DNA of 50,545 nucleotides from a virus (Duplodnaviria > Heunggongvirae > Uroviricota > Caudoviricetes): IMG/VR virus record IMGVR_UViG_2617270947_000016; one strand, 5' to 3'. Both the position numbers and the translations under genes were made by a program. The notes under the pieces are model-generated. The model did not search any database. It was not told the DNA's origin and worked only from the letters and a program-made list of their open reading frames with translations. Each line of letters begins with the position of its first letter. Position 1 is the first letter of the stretch. This document shows, in pieces, positions 18,991-28,632 of the stretch.

Positions 18991-20496
18991 TCATGGCATG
19001 GCCATGAGCATTTTCACGTCCGCATCACCGTCTTCTGACGCCTGTGACACGCCCCCCTGGACCGCAGCCGGTGAATGGTTCGCCATGAAATGTTCAAACA
19101 GGGCGGTTGTGGATGCAGAGACCGGTTCTGCCTTACCTGATCCCGCAGCCAGCACAGCCCGGGCGCTCTCCACGGTCATTCCCGGGCAGGCAGCCAGCTG
19201 TTCAGCCTGCGCCTCAGCCCCTTTTGCCTCATCCAGTGCCATGATCTGATCACGGAGTGATGGTCCGGCATTCGTCTGCGGTGAAGCAGCCAGGATCGGG
19301 CGGGCTTTTTCCACCGTCATCTCCGGCATCGCCGCCAGCGTTACTGCCAGTTGTTCACGACCGTTCGCTTCTTCACACGCCATAATGCGATCGGCTTCAC
19401 TCTGCGCGGATGCCACCGGCTGCTGCGGTGCCACCGCGGCCAGAATCGCCCGGGCCTGTTCAACGCTCATGCCCTGTTGCCCAGCCAGCATCGTGGCAAG
19501 CTGTTCACGTCCTTTCGCTTCCTGGCATGTCAGGATCCCCATCACTCGCTGGTTCTCCTGCACGGCGGCTTCCGTTGCAGTTAATTGCGGCATAGTGCCT
19601 CCTCTGACATTACTGTTCAGCGCCGTGGCCATCACACTGATGGCATCCGACGCATTGATTAATTCATCCGCCAGCCCGGCCTCAATGCCGGACTGACCTT
19701 CAAAAACGGCGGCCTCTGTTCCCGTGACCGCATCCACAGACAACCCGGTATACATCGCCACTTTTTCGGCAAACATCCGGTGCGCCGCATCAATCCGCTG
19801 CTGCATATCCTGGCGAACCTCTGCCGGCAACGCTTCAAACTGATTGCCATCCACCTTGTGCGCCCCGGCATAAATCAGCGTGATATCCACCCCGGCCTGC
19901 GCCAGATGACCGGCATAGCTGACATGGCTCATCATCACGCCAATGGAGCCGATACGGGATGTCTGGGTAACCAGCCGTCGGGAGCAGGCCGACGCCAGCA
20001 GCATGGCTGCAGAACAGGCCGTGTCATTGCACAGTGCCCAGACCGGCTTCTGCTGACGGAGGCGGTAAATCATGTCAGCGCAGTCAAACGCGCCGGCGGC
20101 CTGCCCGCCCGGACTGTCAATGTCCAGCAGTATGCCCCGCACCTGGCTATCTGCCATTGCCTGCTGAAGACAGGCGACAATGCCGTCATAGCCAGTCATT
20201 CCGGAAAATGGCCGCATCCCCCCCAGCCGGTGCACCAGCGTGCCGCTCACCGGCAGTACCGCAATACCGTTCACCACCCGGTAAACACGGGCCGGTCGTT
20301 TACCTCCGGCCATGTACTCGTCCGTTTCAGCCAGCATTCCGGGAGCATCAAGCTGTACCTGCTGTTGTGGTACCGAAAGACTTGCTGCCCCCATCTCGCG
20401 CCCGAGCGCGCAAAAGAAAACCCGCGCATAGGCGGGCTCCAGAAGCAGCGGTTCATTGAATGCTGCGGCAATAATGTGTGAAAGATTACGTCTCAC
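18991..20496 (-). CDS. C: Capsid assembly protease C with nested scaffold (Nu3-like) C-terminal region
   Basis: 501 aa; AFNEPLLLEPAYARVFFCAL and S49-type protease core match lambda C; C-terminal motif present three times. Confidence 0.85.
   Translation of the reverse strand: MRRNLSHIIAAAFNEPLLLEPAYARVFFCALGREMGAASLSVPQQQVQLDAPGMLAETDEYMAGGKRPARVYRVVNGIAVLPVSGTLVHRLGGMRPFSGMTGYDGIVACLQQAMADSQVRGILLDIDSPGGQAAGAFDCADMIYRLRQQKPVWALCNDTACSAAMLLASACSRRLVTQTSRIGSIGVMMSHVSYAGHLAQAGVDITLIYAGAHKVDGNQFEALPAEVRQDMQQRIDAAHRMFAEKVAMYTGLSVDAVTGTEAAVFEGQSGIEAGLADELINASDAISVMATALNSNVRGGTMPQLTATEAAVQENQRVMGILTCQEAKGREQLATMLAGQQGMSVEQARAILAAVAPQQPVASAQSEADRIMACEEANGREQLAVTLAAMPEMTVEKARPILAASPQTNAGPSLRDQIMALDEAKGAEAQAEQLAACPGMTVESARAVLAAGSGKAEPVSASTTALFEHFMANHSPAAVQGGVSQASEDGDADVKMLMAMP
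19130..19560. repeat. Three degenerate tandem copies (~120 bp) of the C/Nu3 C-terminal motif
   Basis: Protein motif I-M-x-C-x-E-A-K-G-R-E-Q-L-A...M-T-V-E-x-A-R-x-I-L-A-A repeated three times; single copy in lambda C as recalled. Confidence 0.7.
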
Positions 20497-22078
20497 GTGG
20501 TGTTGTCTCCTCTTCCGGCCTGCGACTCTCCGCTATCTGCTGCTGATACGCCTGCGCTATCCACACCGGACGTGAGAGTCCGGCTTTTTCCCGCTCTGCA
20601 GATTCCCTGACCTGCTGGCGGAAAATGTCCTGATAATCCTCGCCCATCAGCGCCAGCTCTTTCTCATACGTGCTCAGTCCGGCCTCAATGCGCATCACTG
20701 ATTCCTGAACCTCCTTGAGCCCGTCAATGGCCATTCTTCCGGCTCCAATCCACTCAGCCCGTGACCAGGCTGATCGCGCCTGATAAAAATCAAAACGTGC
20801 CCGTGGCGGACGAATAATCCCCCGAAGAAGTGCCTCTTCCAGCCAGCAGGAAAACATCTGCGTGGCCAGTCGGGCCGCAATAAATTTTCGCCGCCCCATA
20901 AAATAGCGCCACGACTCATTGGCGGAGGCGCGGGCACTTGAGTAACTGACCTTCGAGTAATCACGGGACAACTGTTCGTAGGAAACGCCAAGACCGGCGG
21001 CGATATACCGCAGCAGCGCCTGTTCAAGCGCCGAAAATCCATTGTCTGAATCCTGCGCTGTCTGCAGTTTCAGATCATCACCAGGGAAAAGGTGCGGAAT
21101 TTTGACACCGCCCAGCGTCACGTGATTCGTGTCATACCAGCTGGAGAACTTCTCCAGAATATTAATAAGCGGATTATCCTTCTGCCCCTGCGGCGCACCG
21201 GCGATATATTCAAAGGCCTTTTCGGTATCCAGTTCACTTTCAATCGTCGCTGCATACATCGCCTTCACTATGGCCGACTGAAGCTGTGTTGCCTGCAGGG
21301 AATCGAGCATCTTCAGCCGTTCCATGACGCTGTAAAACTGATTGGCCCCACGGGTCTGCCCGTCCTCCACCGGCTCGAAAATATGCAGCATGGCCGGACG
21401 CCCGGTGGGTAGTTCACGCGGGATCCGTTCCCATCGTCCACTCCCGGAGCGAGGAAAATCATCCTCACAGATATGGTACGCAACGGCACGGCCATATCGA
21501 TCAACCTCCACACCGGCCCGCAGAAAACGGTTCCCGATACCGCGTCCTGGCGTGTCCACCCGTTTCGGACTCACGGCTTTAAAACGCGTACGGAATAACT
21601 GCGTGGTTTCCGTATCCCAGACCGGCTGCACAAAGATTTCGCCGTTAAACGCATGAACGCCCACACCTTCACGGATAAATTCCGTGAAGGTGCGTTTTCC
21701 TTCCACGTCGATCTCGCCAAACATCCCTTCGGCGTATTCCGACCAGGCCGCCTCCACCTCATCGACAAAGCTTTTTGCTGCGCTCTCCCGCATCCCCAGC
21801 CAGCGCCAGTTCGGACGGTAGCTGATCAGAAACATATGCCCGACAATGTGATCCTTATGCAGAGCCACCGCATTAGCCGCTATTCCGTTATTGCGCACCA
21901 GATCATCTGCCCGGGCATTCCCCAGACGCAACGCGGGTAGCAGGGCCGCATCGGCACTCTGCGCCGGTGGCAACCACTCAGCCATTTGCCCGCCAAATCC
22001 TGCACCGCCCCCGTTGTAGCTGAGACTCTCACGAAGCGGAACGCCGTTCACATCAATCAGGACAGGCGTTCGTTTCAT
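20486..22078 (-). CDS. B: Portal protein B
   Basis: 530 aa; lambda B order and similarity. Confidence 0.93.
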   Translation of the reverse strand: MKRTPVLIDVNGVPLRESLSYNGGGAGFGGQMAEWLPPAQSADAALLPALRLGNARADDLVRNNGIAANAVALHKDHIVGHMFLISYRPNWRWLGMRESAAKSFVDEVEAAWSEYAEGMFGEIDVEGKRTFTEFIREGVGVHAFNGEIFVQPVWDTETTQLFRTRFKAVSPKRVDTPGRGIGNRFLRAGVEVDRYGRAVAYHICEDDFPRSGSGRWERIPRELPTGRPAMLHIFEPVEDGQTRGANQFYSVMERLKMLDSLQATQLQSAIVKAMYAATIESELDTEKAFEYIAGAPQGQKDNPLINILEKFSSWYDTNHVTLGGVKIPHLFPGDDLKLQTAQDSDNGFSALEQALLRYIAAGLGVSYEQLSRDYSKVSYSSARASANESWRYFMGRRKFIAARLATQMFSCWLEEALLRGIIRPPRARFDFYQARSAWSRAEWIGAGRMAIDGLKEVQESVMRIEAGLSTYEKELALMGEDYQDIFRQQVRESAEREKAGLSRPVWIAQAYQQQIAESRRPEEETTPRET

Positions 22079-22281
22079 AACCTCACTCCCAGCGGACGAC
22101 GGCGACGCCGGGTTGTCCCCAGTACCGACTCCGCATCATTGATCGCCCGGTTAAGCTCATCCAGAGAAGCCGCCGTATATTCAATTCTGCGACCATCTTT
22201 CTGGACAGACACCACCCGTTTACCGGTTAATAAATCAAGGCGCGCCTGACGCAGCGCCTGCAGTTCAGCGACTGTAACCAT
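22075..22281 (-). CDS. W: Head-tail connector protein W
   Basis: 68 aa; LTGKRVVSVQKDGRRIEYTAAS matches lambda W. Confidence 0.9.
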   Translation of the reverse strand: MVTVAELQALRQARLDLLTGKRVVSVQKDGRRIEYTAASLDELNRAINDAESVLGTTRRRRRPLGVRL

Positions 22282-24193
22282 TCACTCCTCCGGACAGCTT
22301 CGCTGCCAGTTCTTTAAGGGTTGGCCGGGTCGTCTCTTCTTCCCGGGATTTTGCCAGTACAGCCAGATCAAGCTGCCAGCGTTGCACGGACACACGTAAT
22401 GCCGCGTAGGCATACACCAGGCAGTCCAGCGCTTCGTTACGCCGCTTTTTGTTATCCCACAGCAGACGCATCTTTCCTTTTTCCCACTTCTCCACAAGCT
22501 CTTCCGCGACCAGTTGCTGCGCCTCTGTCTGCGAAAAAATCTCCGGATCATCAGGAAAACGGATGGCATACGACGTGGCTTCATCCACAGGCGTGGGATC
22601 GGCTTTCATACGGGCATAGAGAATTTCTTTTGCGGTGTCCGTCCCCACTTCACACAGATACACGCCCCGCTGATTGCGGGTTTTCGGCATGGTGATCACC
22701 GGCTTGCCATAGACAGATGCGCCTTTTACCGGCAGCACCCGGAAAACACCGTGTTTTTTTGACCTCTGATAAACGATTTCGCCATCGATCCCCCCGGTGT
22801 CCCAGCAGACACGGGAAATAGTCATTTCGGTTCCGTCTGCATGGCGGTATTTTTTGTTGATCGCCGCATCCACACGTAACAGCGTCTCTTCCTCATCGGG
22901 ACGCCCCATAATGATGATTTTATCCACCAGAAAGGCTTCCTCTCCCGGAGCCCATCCCCAGACATACATCTCAAAACGGTTTCGCTGCGAGTCAATGCCC
23001 GCCGTCAGATAAACCACCCGGGCAGGCACCGCCGCCGTGTAACGCACAACCTTATCCATCAGTACCTGGTGATCGAGTTTTTCGCCCACAGCCTCTTCCC
23101 AGGTCTCGCCCAGCGTGGTGTTCACAAAGGTTTTCAGGCCGTTGGGATCTTTCAGTGCATCCAGCCAGTCATAGACAATCTGTACCCAGGTGGTGAACGG
23201 ACTGTACGCCGTCCAGATATGGAAAGTGATGGAGCGCGGCGGCGGAATTTCATCACCCCGGGCGCTGAAAAACATCAGGCCGTCACGGGTCCACATGCCC
23301 GTGTTTTCACAGATCCACCGCCCGTTACTCTGGTCAAGCTCAGACTGATGGATCACACAGCCATGATGCTCACAAAGGTAGAAAACACTTTCTGGCTTAT
23401 TCTTCTCCCACTTAAGACCGAAAGGCGAGGCATCATCGCCAAATTTCAGATACTGCTCCTCCCCACAGTGCGGACAGGGCACATAAAAACGCATGAAGTG
23501 TGCCGACTCGTTAGCGGCTTTTTCGATCTGGCAGGTGCCTTTGATTTTAGGCGTCGAGCCGCGAATGGATTTGGGCCATACAGAGCCCTCAATACGTTTA
23601 TCCCCAAGCAGGGTTGGCGAACCCTCTTTTTCGACATCCGGTTCGAACGAGGAAAGTTCGTCATAGCAGACCACGTCCACGGATTTTTCACGGTAGTTTT
23701 TAGCGGCAGCCCCGCCCAGGCACCAGAAGCCCACGCCCGATGAAAAACGTTTCAGCGTGAGGGTATTATCACGATGTTTACGCCCAAACCACGGTGCAAG
23801 ATCGAGTAAAACCGGCACATCCCTGATCGTGGGTTCCACATGAGATTTCATAAAATCTTCAGCAGCAGAATCCGTGGGCTGGAAAAGAAGGCTGTTGCGT
23901 GATTTATGCTCAATAAAATAAGCCTCCACTCCCAGCAACATCTTTGTATAACCAACACGGGCAGATTTAATCAGATTAACAGTGCGGATCCGGTCATTCC
24001 CCATGCTGTTCATGATGGCAACCTGAAACGGCAGTGTTTCCCACCGCCCCGGGGTGTAAGATGACTCTTTCGGAAGGTAATAATGTCGATCTGCCCACTG
24101 AACTGTCGTCAGAGGGACAGGAATTTTTAGCGCAAGGAGGCCGGTTGCTATCGCTCCTGCAGAATTAGCCGCCCTCAGTTCGTCTGAAATCAT
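22265..24193 (-). CDS. A: Terminase large subunit A
   Basis: Blocks [33 protein letters not shown] match lambda A; start chosen at MISDELR (RBS AGGTGG), overlapping Nu1 by ~29 nt as in lambda. Confidence 0.93.
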   Translation of the reverse strand: MISDELRAANSAGAIATGLLALKIPVPLTTVQWADRHYYLPKESSYTPGRWETLPFQVAIMNSMGNDRIRTVNLIKSARVGYTKMLLGVEAYFIEHKSRNSLLFQPTDSAAEDFMKSHVEPTIRDVPVLLDLAPWFGRKHRDNTLTLKRFSSGVGFWCLGGAAAKNYREKSVDVVCYDELSSFEPDVEKEGSPTLLGDKRIEGSVWPKSIRGSTPKIKGTCQIEKAANESAHFMRFYVPCPHCGEEQYLKFGDDASPFGLKWEKNKPESVFYLCEHHGCVIHQSELDQSNGRWICENTGMWTRDGLMFFSARGDEIPPPRSITFHIWTAYSPFTTWVQIVYDWLDALKDPNGLKTFVNTTLGETWEEAVGEKLDHQVLMDKVVRYTAAVPARVVYLTAGIDSQRNRFEMYVWGWAPGEEAFLVDKIIIMGRPDEEETLLRVDAAINKKYRHADGTEMTISRVCWDTGGIDGEIVYQRSKKHGVFRVLPVKGASVYGKPVITMPKTRNQRGVYLCEVGTDTAKEILYARMKADPTPVDEATSYAIRFPDDPEIFSQTEAQQLVAEELVEKWEKGKMRLLWDNKKRRNEALDCLVYAYAALRVSVQRWQLDLAVLAKSREEETTRPTLKELAAKLSGGVNGYSR

Positions 24194-24713
24194 CAATCCA
24201 CCTGCGCACATTCTCACCGGCTTCAGAAGCCACATCGGATGCTTTCGCGATTTCAGTTTTCACAGCATCAAGATGTACGGGTGATATATCAGGGTATTTA
24301 CGCTGCAGTGTCTGAGGGACACGGACAAGGATCCCTGATATATTCTGTGCCACTCGCTGAAAGATGTAGGTAAATAACTCCGTCTCGAGGACAAGGCCTT
24401 CCTCACGAGCATTTTTCAGCTCCTGTGCATCGGCCTGTGCCTTCGTCAGTCGGTAACGTTCGTAATCAATGGTGCCGGGCTGAAGGTCTGATTCGCTGGC
24501 AGCCCTCAAATCCTCGATCTCTTTACGGAGTTTTTCGTTTTCAATATCAGCTTCCCTCTGCGCATACCACTGAATGGCAGCAGTTGTATCAAAAACTGAT
24601 TCAGTCCCTTTCCCTCCACCAGAAACTAGTGGTAACCCCTGACTCTGCCAGGCGGTGATGGTCCTGACATCAACGCCAAAAATATCGGCCAGTTTTTTCT
24701 TATTGACGTTCAT
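24165..24713 (-). CDS. nu1: Terminase small subunit Nu1
   Basis: 182 aa; [19 protein letters not shown]...IENEKLR matches lambda Nu1. Confidence 0.92.
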   Translation of the reverse strand: MNVNKKKLADIFGVDVRTITAWQSQGLPLVSGGGKGTESVFDTTAAIQWYAQREADIENEKLRKEIEDLRAASESDLQPGTIDYERYRLTKAQADAQELKNAREEGLVLETELFTYIFQRVAQNISGILVRVPQTLQRKYPDISPVHLDAVKTEIAKASDVASEAGENVRRWIDDFRRTEGG

Positions 24714-24882
24714 ACACTCCCCCGGGAACCAGAAAGGATCTGAAAATGGCGTTTTCTAACAAAAACAGCCTTTGTCAGATCCTTTTATATTTTTAAAATT
24801 CTATTGATAATCAATCAGTTAAAAAGAAGAAGAACGGATCTGATTTTTCCCTAAAAATTTTCATAAATAGCGAAAACCCGCG
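24714..24882 (-). promoter_or_regulatory. cosB-equivalent terminase binding region between cosN and Nu1
   Basis: Position relative to cosN and Nu1 and strong similarity to lambda left-end sequence. Confidence 0.5.
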
Positions 24883-24894
24883 AGGTCGCCGCCC
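24883..24894 (-). other. cosN cohesive-end sequence (minus strand GGGCGGCGACCT)
   Basis: Reverse complement of 24871-24894 reads GGGCGGCGACCTCGCGGGTTTTCG, identical to the lambda left end as recalled. Confidence 0.85.
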
Positions 24895-25100
24895 CGTAAC
24901 CGGTCGGATCGCCGGAAAGGACCCAAGAAATGATAATGATTATCATCTATATAAGGTTTATCACAACATGTGTGTACGCCATCAAACCACGAGAAATAAT
25001 CAATTATGACGCAGGTATCGTATTAATTGATCTGCGTCAAATTAACGTAAAAGCAACTTCAGATAATACAAATCAGCAACACTGAATATGGGGAAACATT

Positions 25101-25286
25101 ATGTCATCAAAGAACAGAACCCGCAGAACAACAACCCGCAACATCCGATTTCCAAACCAGATGATTGAACAAATTAACATCGCTCTTGATCTGAAAGGTT
25201 CAGGAAACTTTTCAGCGTGGGTTATTGAAGCCTGCAGAAGAAGGCTGTCAACAGAGAGTTCGGGTATGAATTACATAATTAAGTAA
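25101..25286 (+). CDS. Hypothetical protein, homologue of the ORF at the right end of the lambda genome
   Basis: 61 aa; KNRTRRTTTRNIRFPNQMIEQINIAL...GSGNFSAWVIEACRRRL resembles the cos-proximal lambda ORF. Confidence 0.5.
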   Translation: MSSKNRTRRTTTRNIRFPNQMIEQINIALDLKGSGNFSAWVIEACRRRLSTESSGMNYIIK

Positions 25287-25909
25287 CATGGTGTTCACAG
25301 AACACGCAGTTACCGGACACATCAGTTTTCCATTCGCTCACCGGCAGTACAGGCTTCCCCTCTGACGGGATAGCCTGAAAAAATAACACAGAAAATTATT
25401 TGTTATAATTAATATAACTTACTCAAAAAAAAGCGACGAGAAAATCAGCATCAACGAACAATAAGCGCCAATACGTGATAACAAATGGCAGCCATATTTA
25501 TCTGCAGTATAAGCAATGGACAGGATAACCACACCAGAAACCGTCAGCATAAAATCCATTTGAACTTCCCCGGACAAAATCGACTCATCTAAAGATTTAC
25601 AGCTCTTTTTATTATCAATATGTTAAAAGTAAAATAAACAGATGTTCAATAACACGAATACAAAAACGTGCTGAAATTCAATGAATCCATTTCTGTGTCA
25701 TCAATTAATAGTGATAAACATCCGGCTTCTTCCACCATCGCACCGGACAGGCGACTATGAGGGGACAACGCCGCGCTCCGTTAACGCGGTAAACCCCGGT
25801 GTGTATCGTTTTTGATTATCCCCGCACACTCGCGCAGAGGAGTCTCCCTGCCGGGCTGCGGTCTCTGTTAATGAGGGAATACAGCGACGATACGGCGCAT
25901 CAACAAAAC

Positions 25910-26383
25910 TTATTTCAGGCACTGAGTGCGGATATAGTCCTGTGCCCCTTCCAGTTGCTTGTGCATCGTCATCAGCCGCTCTCTGAGGGTGAAATAATCC
26001 CGTGTAACGGTGTCTGCCAGTTGGGGGCCGGTTGCATTATCCACGCCGGAGGTGGTGGGGGCTTCACGCACGGAGCCTGGACAGGTGGCGTTGATCCGCA
26101 GGCGCTTACGACCAGCGGCAACATCAGCGCGCAGAGTTTCATTTTCAGCTCTCGCATCGGATAATTCCCTCGAGTATTTTGCATCGAGCGCAGCAACATC
26201 GCGCTGGCGCACCTGCATATCAGTAATGGTTGCGTTCGCCAGCTTCAGTTCACTGGCTTTGTTATCGCGCTGCGCTTTGTAGGTAATCGCGTTATCACGG
26301 TAATGGTCTGTTGCCATCCACAGCGCACCACAGGCCACCAGCAGAATAACGATAAACGCGGAAAGCATTCGGTTTATGTTCAC
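25910..26383 (-). CDS. Rz: Spanin inner-membrane subunit Rz
   Basis: 157 aa; [14 protein letters not shown]...DYFTLRERL matches lambda Rz. Confidence 0.88.
   Translation of the reverse strand: MNINRMLSAFIVILLVACGALWMATDHYRDNAITYKAQRDNKASELKLANATITDMQVRQRDVAALDAKYSRELSDARAENETLRADVAAGRKRLRINATCPGSVREAPTTSGVDNATGPQLADTVTRDYFTLRERLMTMHKQLEGAQDYIRTQCLK
25972..26157 (-). CDS. Rz1: Spanin outer-membrane lipoprotein Rz1, embedded in +1 frame of Rz
   Basis: Lipoprotein signal ...[10 protein letters not shown] and proline-rich [14 protein letters not shown] matches lambda Rz1. Confidence 0.7.
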   Translation of the reverse strand: MRELKMKLCALMLPLVVSACGSTPPVQAPCVKPPPPPAWIMQPAPNWQTPLHGIISPSESG

Positions 26384-26511
26384 CCCAGCAACCCCGACGA
26401 AGACAACATCATCCAGGCCATGGAAAGAAAAAGAGCAACCAGCATTAGTGAAAATGAAATGCCGACAATTACACAGAGGATCTTCGCCAGCGTTATGAGT
26501 TTGTCTGACAT
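26380..26511 (-). CDS. Hypothetical 43 aa single-TM peptide, translationally coupled to Rz
   Basis: Strong RBS GGGAGG 7 nt upstream of ATG; stop overlaps Rz start (ATGA); hydrophobic core. Confidence 0.4.
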   Translation of the reverse strand: MSDKLITLAKILCVIVGISFSLMLVALFLSMAWMMLSSSGLLG

Positions 26512-26525
26512 GCTTAATCCTCCCT

Positions 26526-26708
26526 TCACGATTTCAACGCAATGACCAGTTTTGCCAGCCCATACAGCATCGGGGACACAGCAACACCGACCGCCACCCA
26601 CTTAATGGCAAAAGCCAGTGCTCTGCTGATGTCATCAGTTACAGGCGCTTTCAGTTCAAGGCCATTTTTCATAGTCAACCTCAACAGAATTCGTTTATAC
26701 TTCGCCAT
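26526..26708 (-). CDS. Hypothetical 60 aa protein with basic N-terminus and C-terminal TM segment
   Basis: RBS AAGGGAGA before ATG at 26708; sits between endolysin terminator and Rz. Confidence 0.4.
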   Translation of the reverse strand: MAKYKRILLRLTMKNGLELKAPVTDDISRALAFAIKWVAVGVAVSPMLYGLAKLVIALKS

Positions 26709-26740
26709 GTTCTCCCTTGCCTTACTCAAGGTCAGAAACA

Positions 26741-26775
26741 CAAAACCCCGCTTGGTGCCAACAAACGGGGTTTTT
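26741..26775. terminator. Hairpin with U-tracts on both strands downstream of endolysin
   Basis: CCCCG...CGGGG stem flanked by A-run and T-run. Confidence 0.4.
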
Positions 26776-26864
26776 ACTTTTATTCACTTACGTTTCGCCA
26801 GTTCGCAGGATTTCGTGTTATCCGCCCGCGTGGCCATACCTTATTTTTCAGCAAAATATTCTGC

Positions 26865-27398
26865 TTATCTGTCGATTCCCCAGCACGCCAGCGCGCTCTC
26901 CTGGTCACGACGGGATACCTGACCATAACAGTTATTTGAGCGGATACGGCAGTCTCTGCCACCGTCCTTAATCCACCAGCGAATCGCCTCACACGCTCCC
27001 CTGCGATCACCTGCATTAATTCGTTTATAAAACGTCGACGGAAAACACTTACCGGGGCCAATGTTGTACGGACAGAATGACGCGATCCCCGCTTTCTGGG
27101 GTTCACTCAATGGCACTCTGATGTTTTTCTCCACCCATGCCAGCGCCTTATCACGCTCAATGGCGTTAACCCGGTCGCATTTTTCCTTCGACAACTTCAT
27201 GCCCGGAACGACAGGTTTGCCATCCACCAGGATGGCACCGCGGCAGATGGTCCAGATACCCGCGCCATCACGGTATGCCGTGGTGTGGTTACCTTCCTTT
27301 TCATCCAGAAACTGGTCGAGAATGTCAGGCGCAGGCGCACCAGCGGCAATCAGCGCCAGAACGGCAGCCGACAGGCCGTATTTGATTTTGGTGTTCAT
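26865..27398 (-). CDS. R: SAR endolysin (lysozyme, phage 21 R-like)
   Basis: 177 aa; Gly/Ala-rich N-terminal signal-anchor-release segment; catalytic region with E...D...T spacing resembling R21. Confidence 0.85.
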   Translation of the reverse strand: MNTKIKYGLSAAVLALIAAGAPAPDILDQFLDEKEGNHTTAYRDGAGIWTICRGAILVDGKPVVPGMKLSKEKCDRVNAIERDKALAWVEKNIRVPLSEPQKAGIASFCPYNIGPGKCFPSTFYKRINAGDRRGACEAIRWWIKDGGRDCRIRSNNCYGQVSRRDQESALACWGIDR

Positions 27399-27523
27399 GG
27401 ATATTTATCAGGATTTATCGGTTCCGAATCCCTGGATATGTTAAGTCTTCAGCCCGCCAGTGGTGGGCACTGGCGTAAACTCAACAATGCGAGATGGCTG
27501 CCTCGCAAAGATAAGGAACAGAT

Positions 27524-27799
27524 ATGAGTGAAGAAAATAGCAAAGAGAATACAGCACTTTTTGACAGAATTTTTACTCTTGAGTTACAGGTCGGTTTTCT
27601 TCTCCCAAAGATAATCAAAGCAATGGATGCACTAAGTAAAAATAACGCTGTGTCAGATTACCTGATCGCCGAAATGGAACATCTAATTAAAGAAATACCA
27701 AAGACAGTTGCTCGTGATGATAAAAGATTCCTCAAGGCTGCTGAAGATGCTCTTTCAACAGTGAAGCGCAGCTTAGATGCGCCGCGCGATCAAGAATAG
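27524..27799 (+). CDS. Hypothetical protein on the strand opposite the lysis genes
   Basis: 91 aa ORF in visibly AT-rich DNA; RBS AAGGA; fills gap between R and upstream ORF; terminator downstream. Confidence 0.4.
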   Translation: MSEENSKENTALFDRIFTLELQVGFLLPKIIKAMDALSKNNAVSDYLIAEMEHLIKEIPKTVARDDKRFLKAAEDALSTVKRSLDAPRDQE

Positions 27800-28262
27800 T
27801 TTCTTTCATTTCATCTGCTGCAAGCACCTCATTTTTTGTTGGGGTGCTTTTTTTCAATTCAGCGATATAGCACTCCAGTTTTTCAATGCGTGATTCAATA
27901 TCATCGTTTTCTGACCGCAATGCCGTCGGTGGCGTCTTCAGAGAACCAGTAATTATTCCCGGTAGTTTTCCTCTGTAGGTTATCAACACATCCTGCGCCT
28001 CTAAAATTACGGGGCGCTTTTCCGGCAACGGACCATCCCCTTCACATAACCCGGCAGCAACATCCATGAAAAACTGCTTCGCCTGCTTTTTCGCCTCAGC
28101 TTCGTAAAACTCCAGCGTGGCATCTTCAGTACGGTCAAGACTAATCGCCACATCTGGCAACAACAGTGACGGATACCCACCAATTTCCAGTGCCACAGTA
28201 ACAGTAATCTTATCCGGGTAATTATTTATCCCTTTAACAACCAGTTCGTATTTTTTCTTCAT
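27732..28262 (-). CDS. Hypothetical protein inserted between holin and endolysin
   Basis: 176 aa ORF starting 5 nt after holin stop with RBS GGGGAGAG; no family recognised. Confidence 0.5.
   Translation of the reverse strand: MKKKYELVVKGINNYPDKITVTVALEIGGYPSLLLPDVAISLDRTEDATLEFYEAEAKKQAKQFFMDVAAGLCEGDGPLPEKRPVILEAQDVLITYRGKLPGIITGSLKTPPTALRSENDDIESRIEKLECYIAELKKSTPTKNEVLAADEMKETILDRAAHLSCASLLKEHLQQP
27823..27854 (+). terminator. Candidate intrinsic terminator for the plus-strand ORF
   Basis: AGCACC...GGTGCT stem followed by TTTTTT. Confidence 0.35.
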
Positions 28263-28266
28263 CGCT

Positions 28267-28482
28267 TTACTCTCCCCGCGCCGCCTTACGCCGGTCCTCT
28301 CTGATTTTGAAATACAGGTTAGTCAGATATGTCAGCAGCCCAAACAGCAGACTCCCCAGCACGCCTATTGCCGCCCACTGAGACGGGGAAACCCTGTCCA
28401 GCAACTGCAGGAACCAGTAGCCCGTTCCCACCGCTGACGTGGTGTATGACACACCTGTTGTGATTTTTTCCATCTGGTACAT
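28267..28482 (-). CDS. S: Class II holin (pinholin, phage 21 S-like) with dual-start motif
   Basis: C-terminal [46 protein letters not shown] matches S21-type holins; starts MYQMEK (two Met); ORF-track N-terminal extension not used. Confidence 0.85.
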   Translation of the reverse strand: MYQMEKITTGVSYTTSAVGTGYWFLQLLDRVSPSQWAAIGVLGSLLFGLLTYLTNLYFKIREDRRKAARGE

Positions 28483-28632
28483 ACCCCGTCTCCCGTTATC
28501 CGGAAGCTGACAACAATAAAAAAAGCCACCAGTTAAGTACTGATGGCTCTGATAACTCATGCAGGCATCTCAGACGACCCACTGACACTACCGGTGAGTT
28601 TAACGATACCTTCCATTTGGCTGGCTCACTTT

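Noticed and set aside
19351-20481. Plus-strand ORFs of up to 233 aa opposite C
   Set aside because: Antisense to the well-supported C gene.
27399-27523. Possible bor-like lipoprotein or additional lysis gene between R and the plus-strand ORF
   Set aside because: No ORF with a lipoprotein signal; the segment is short and non-coding.
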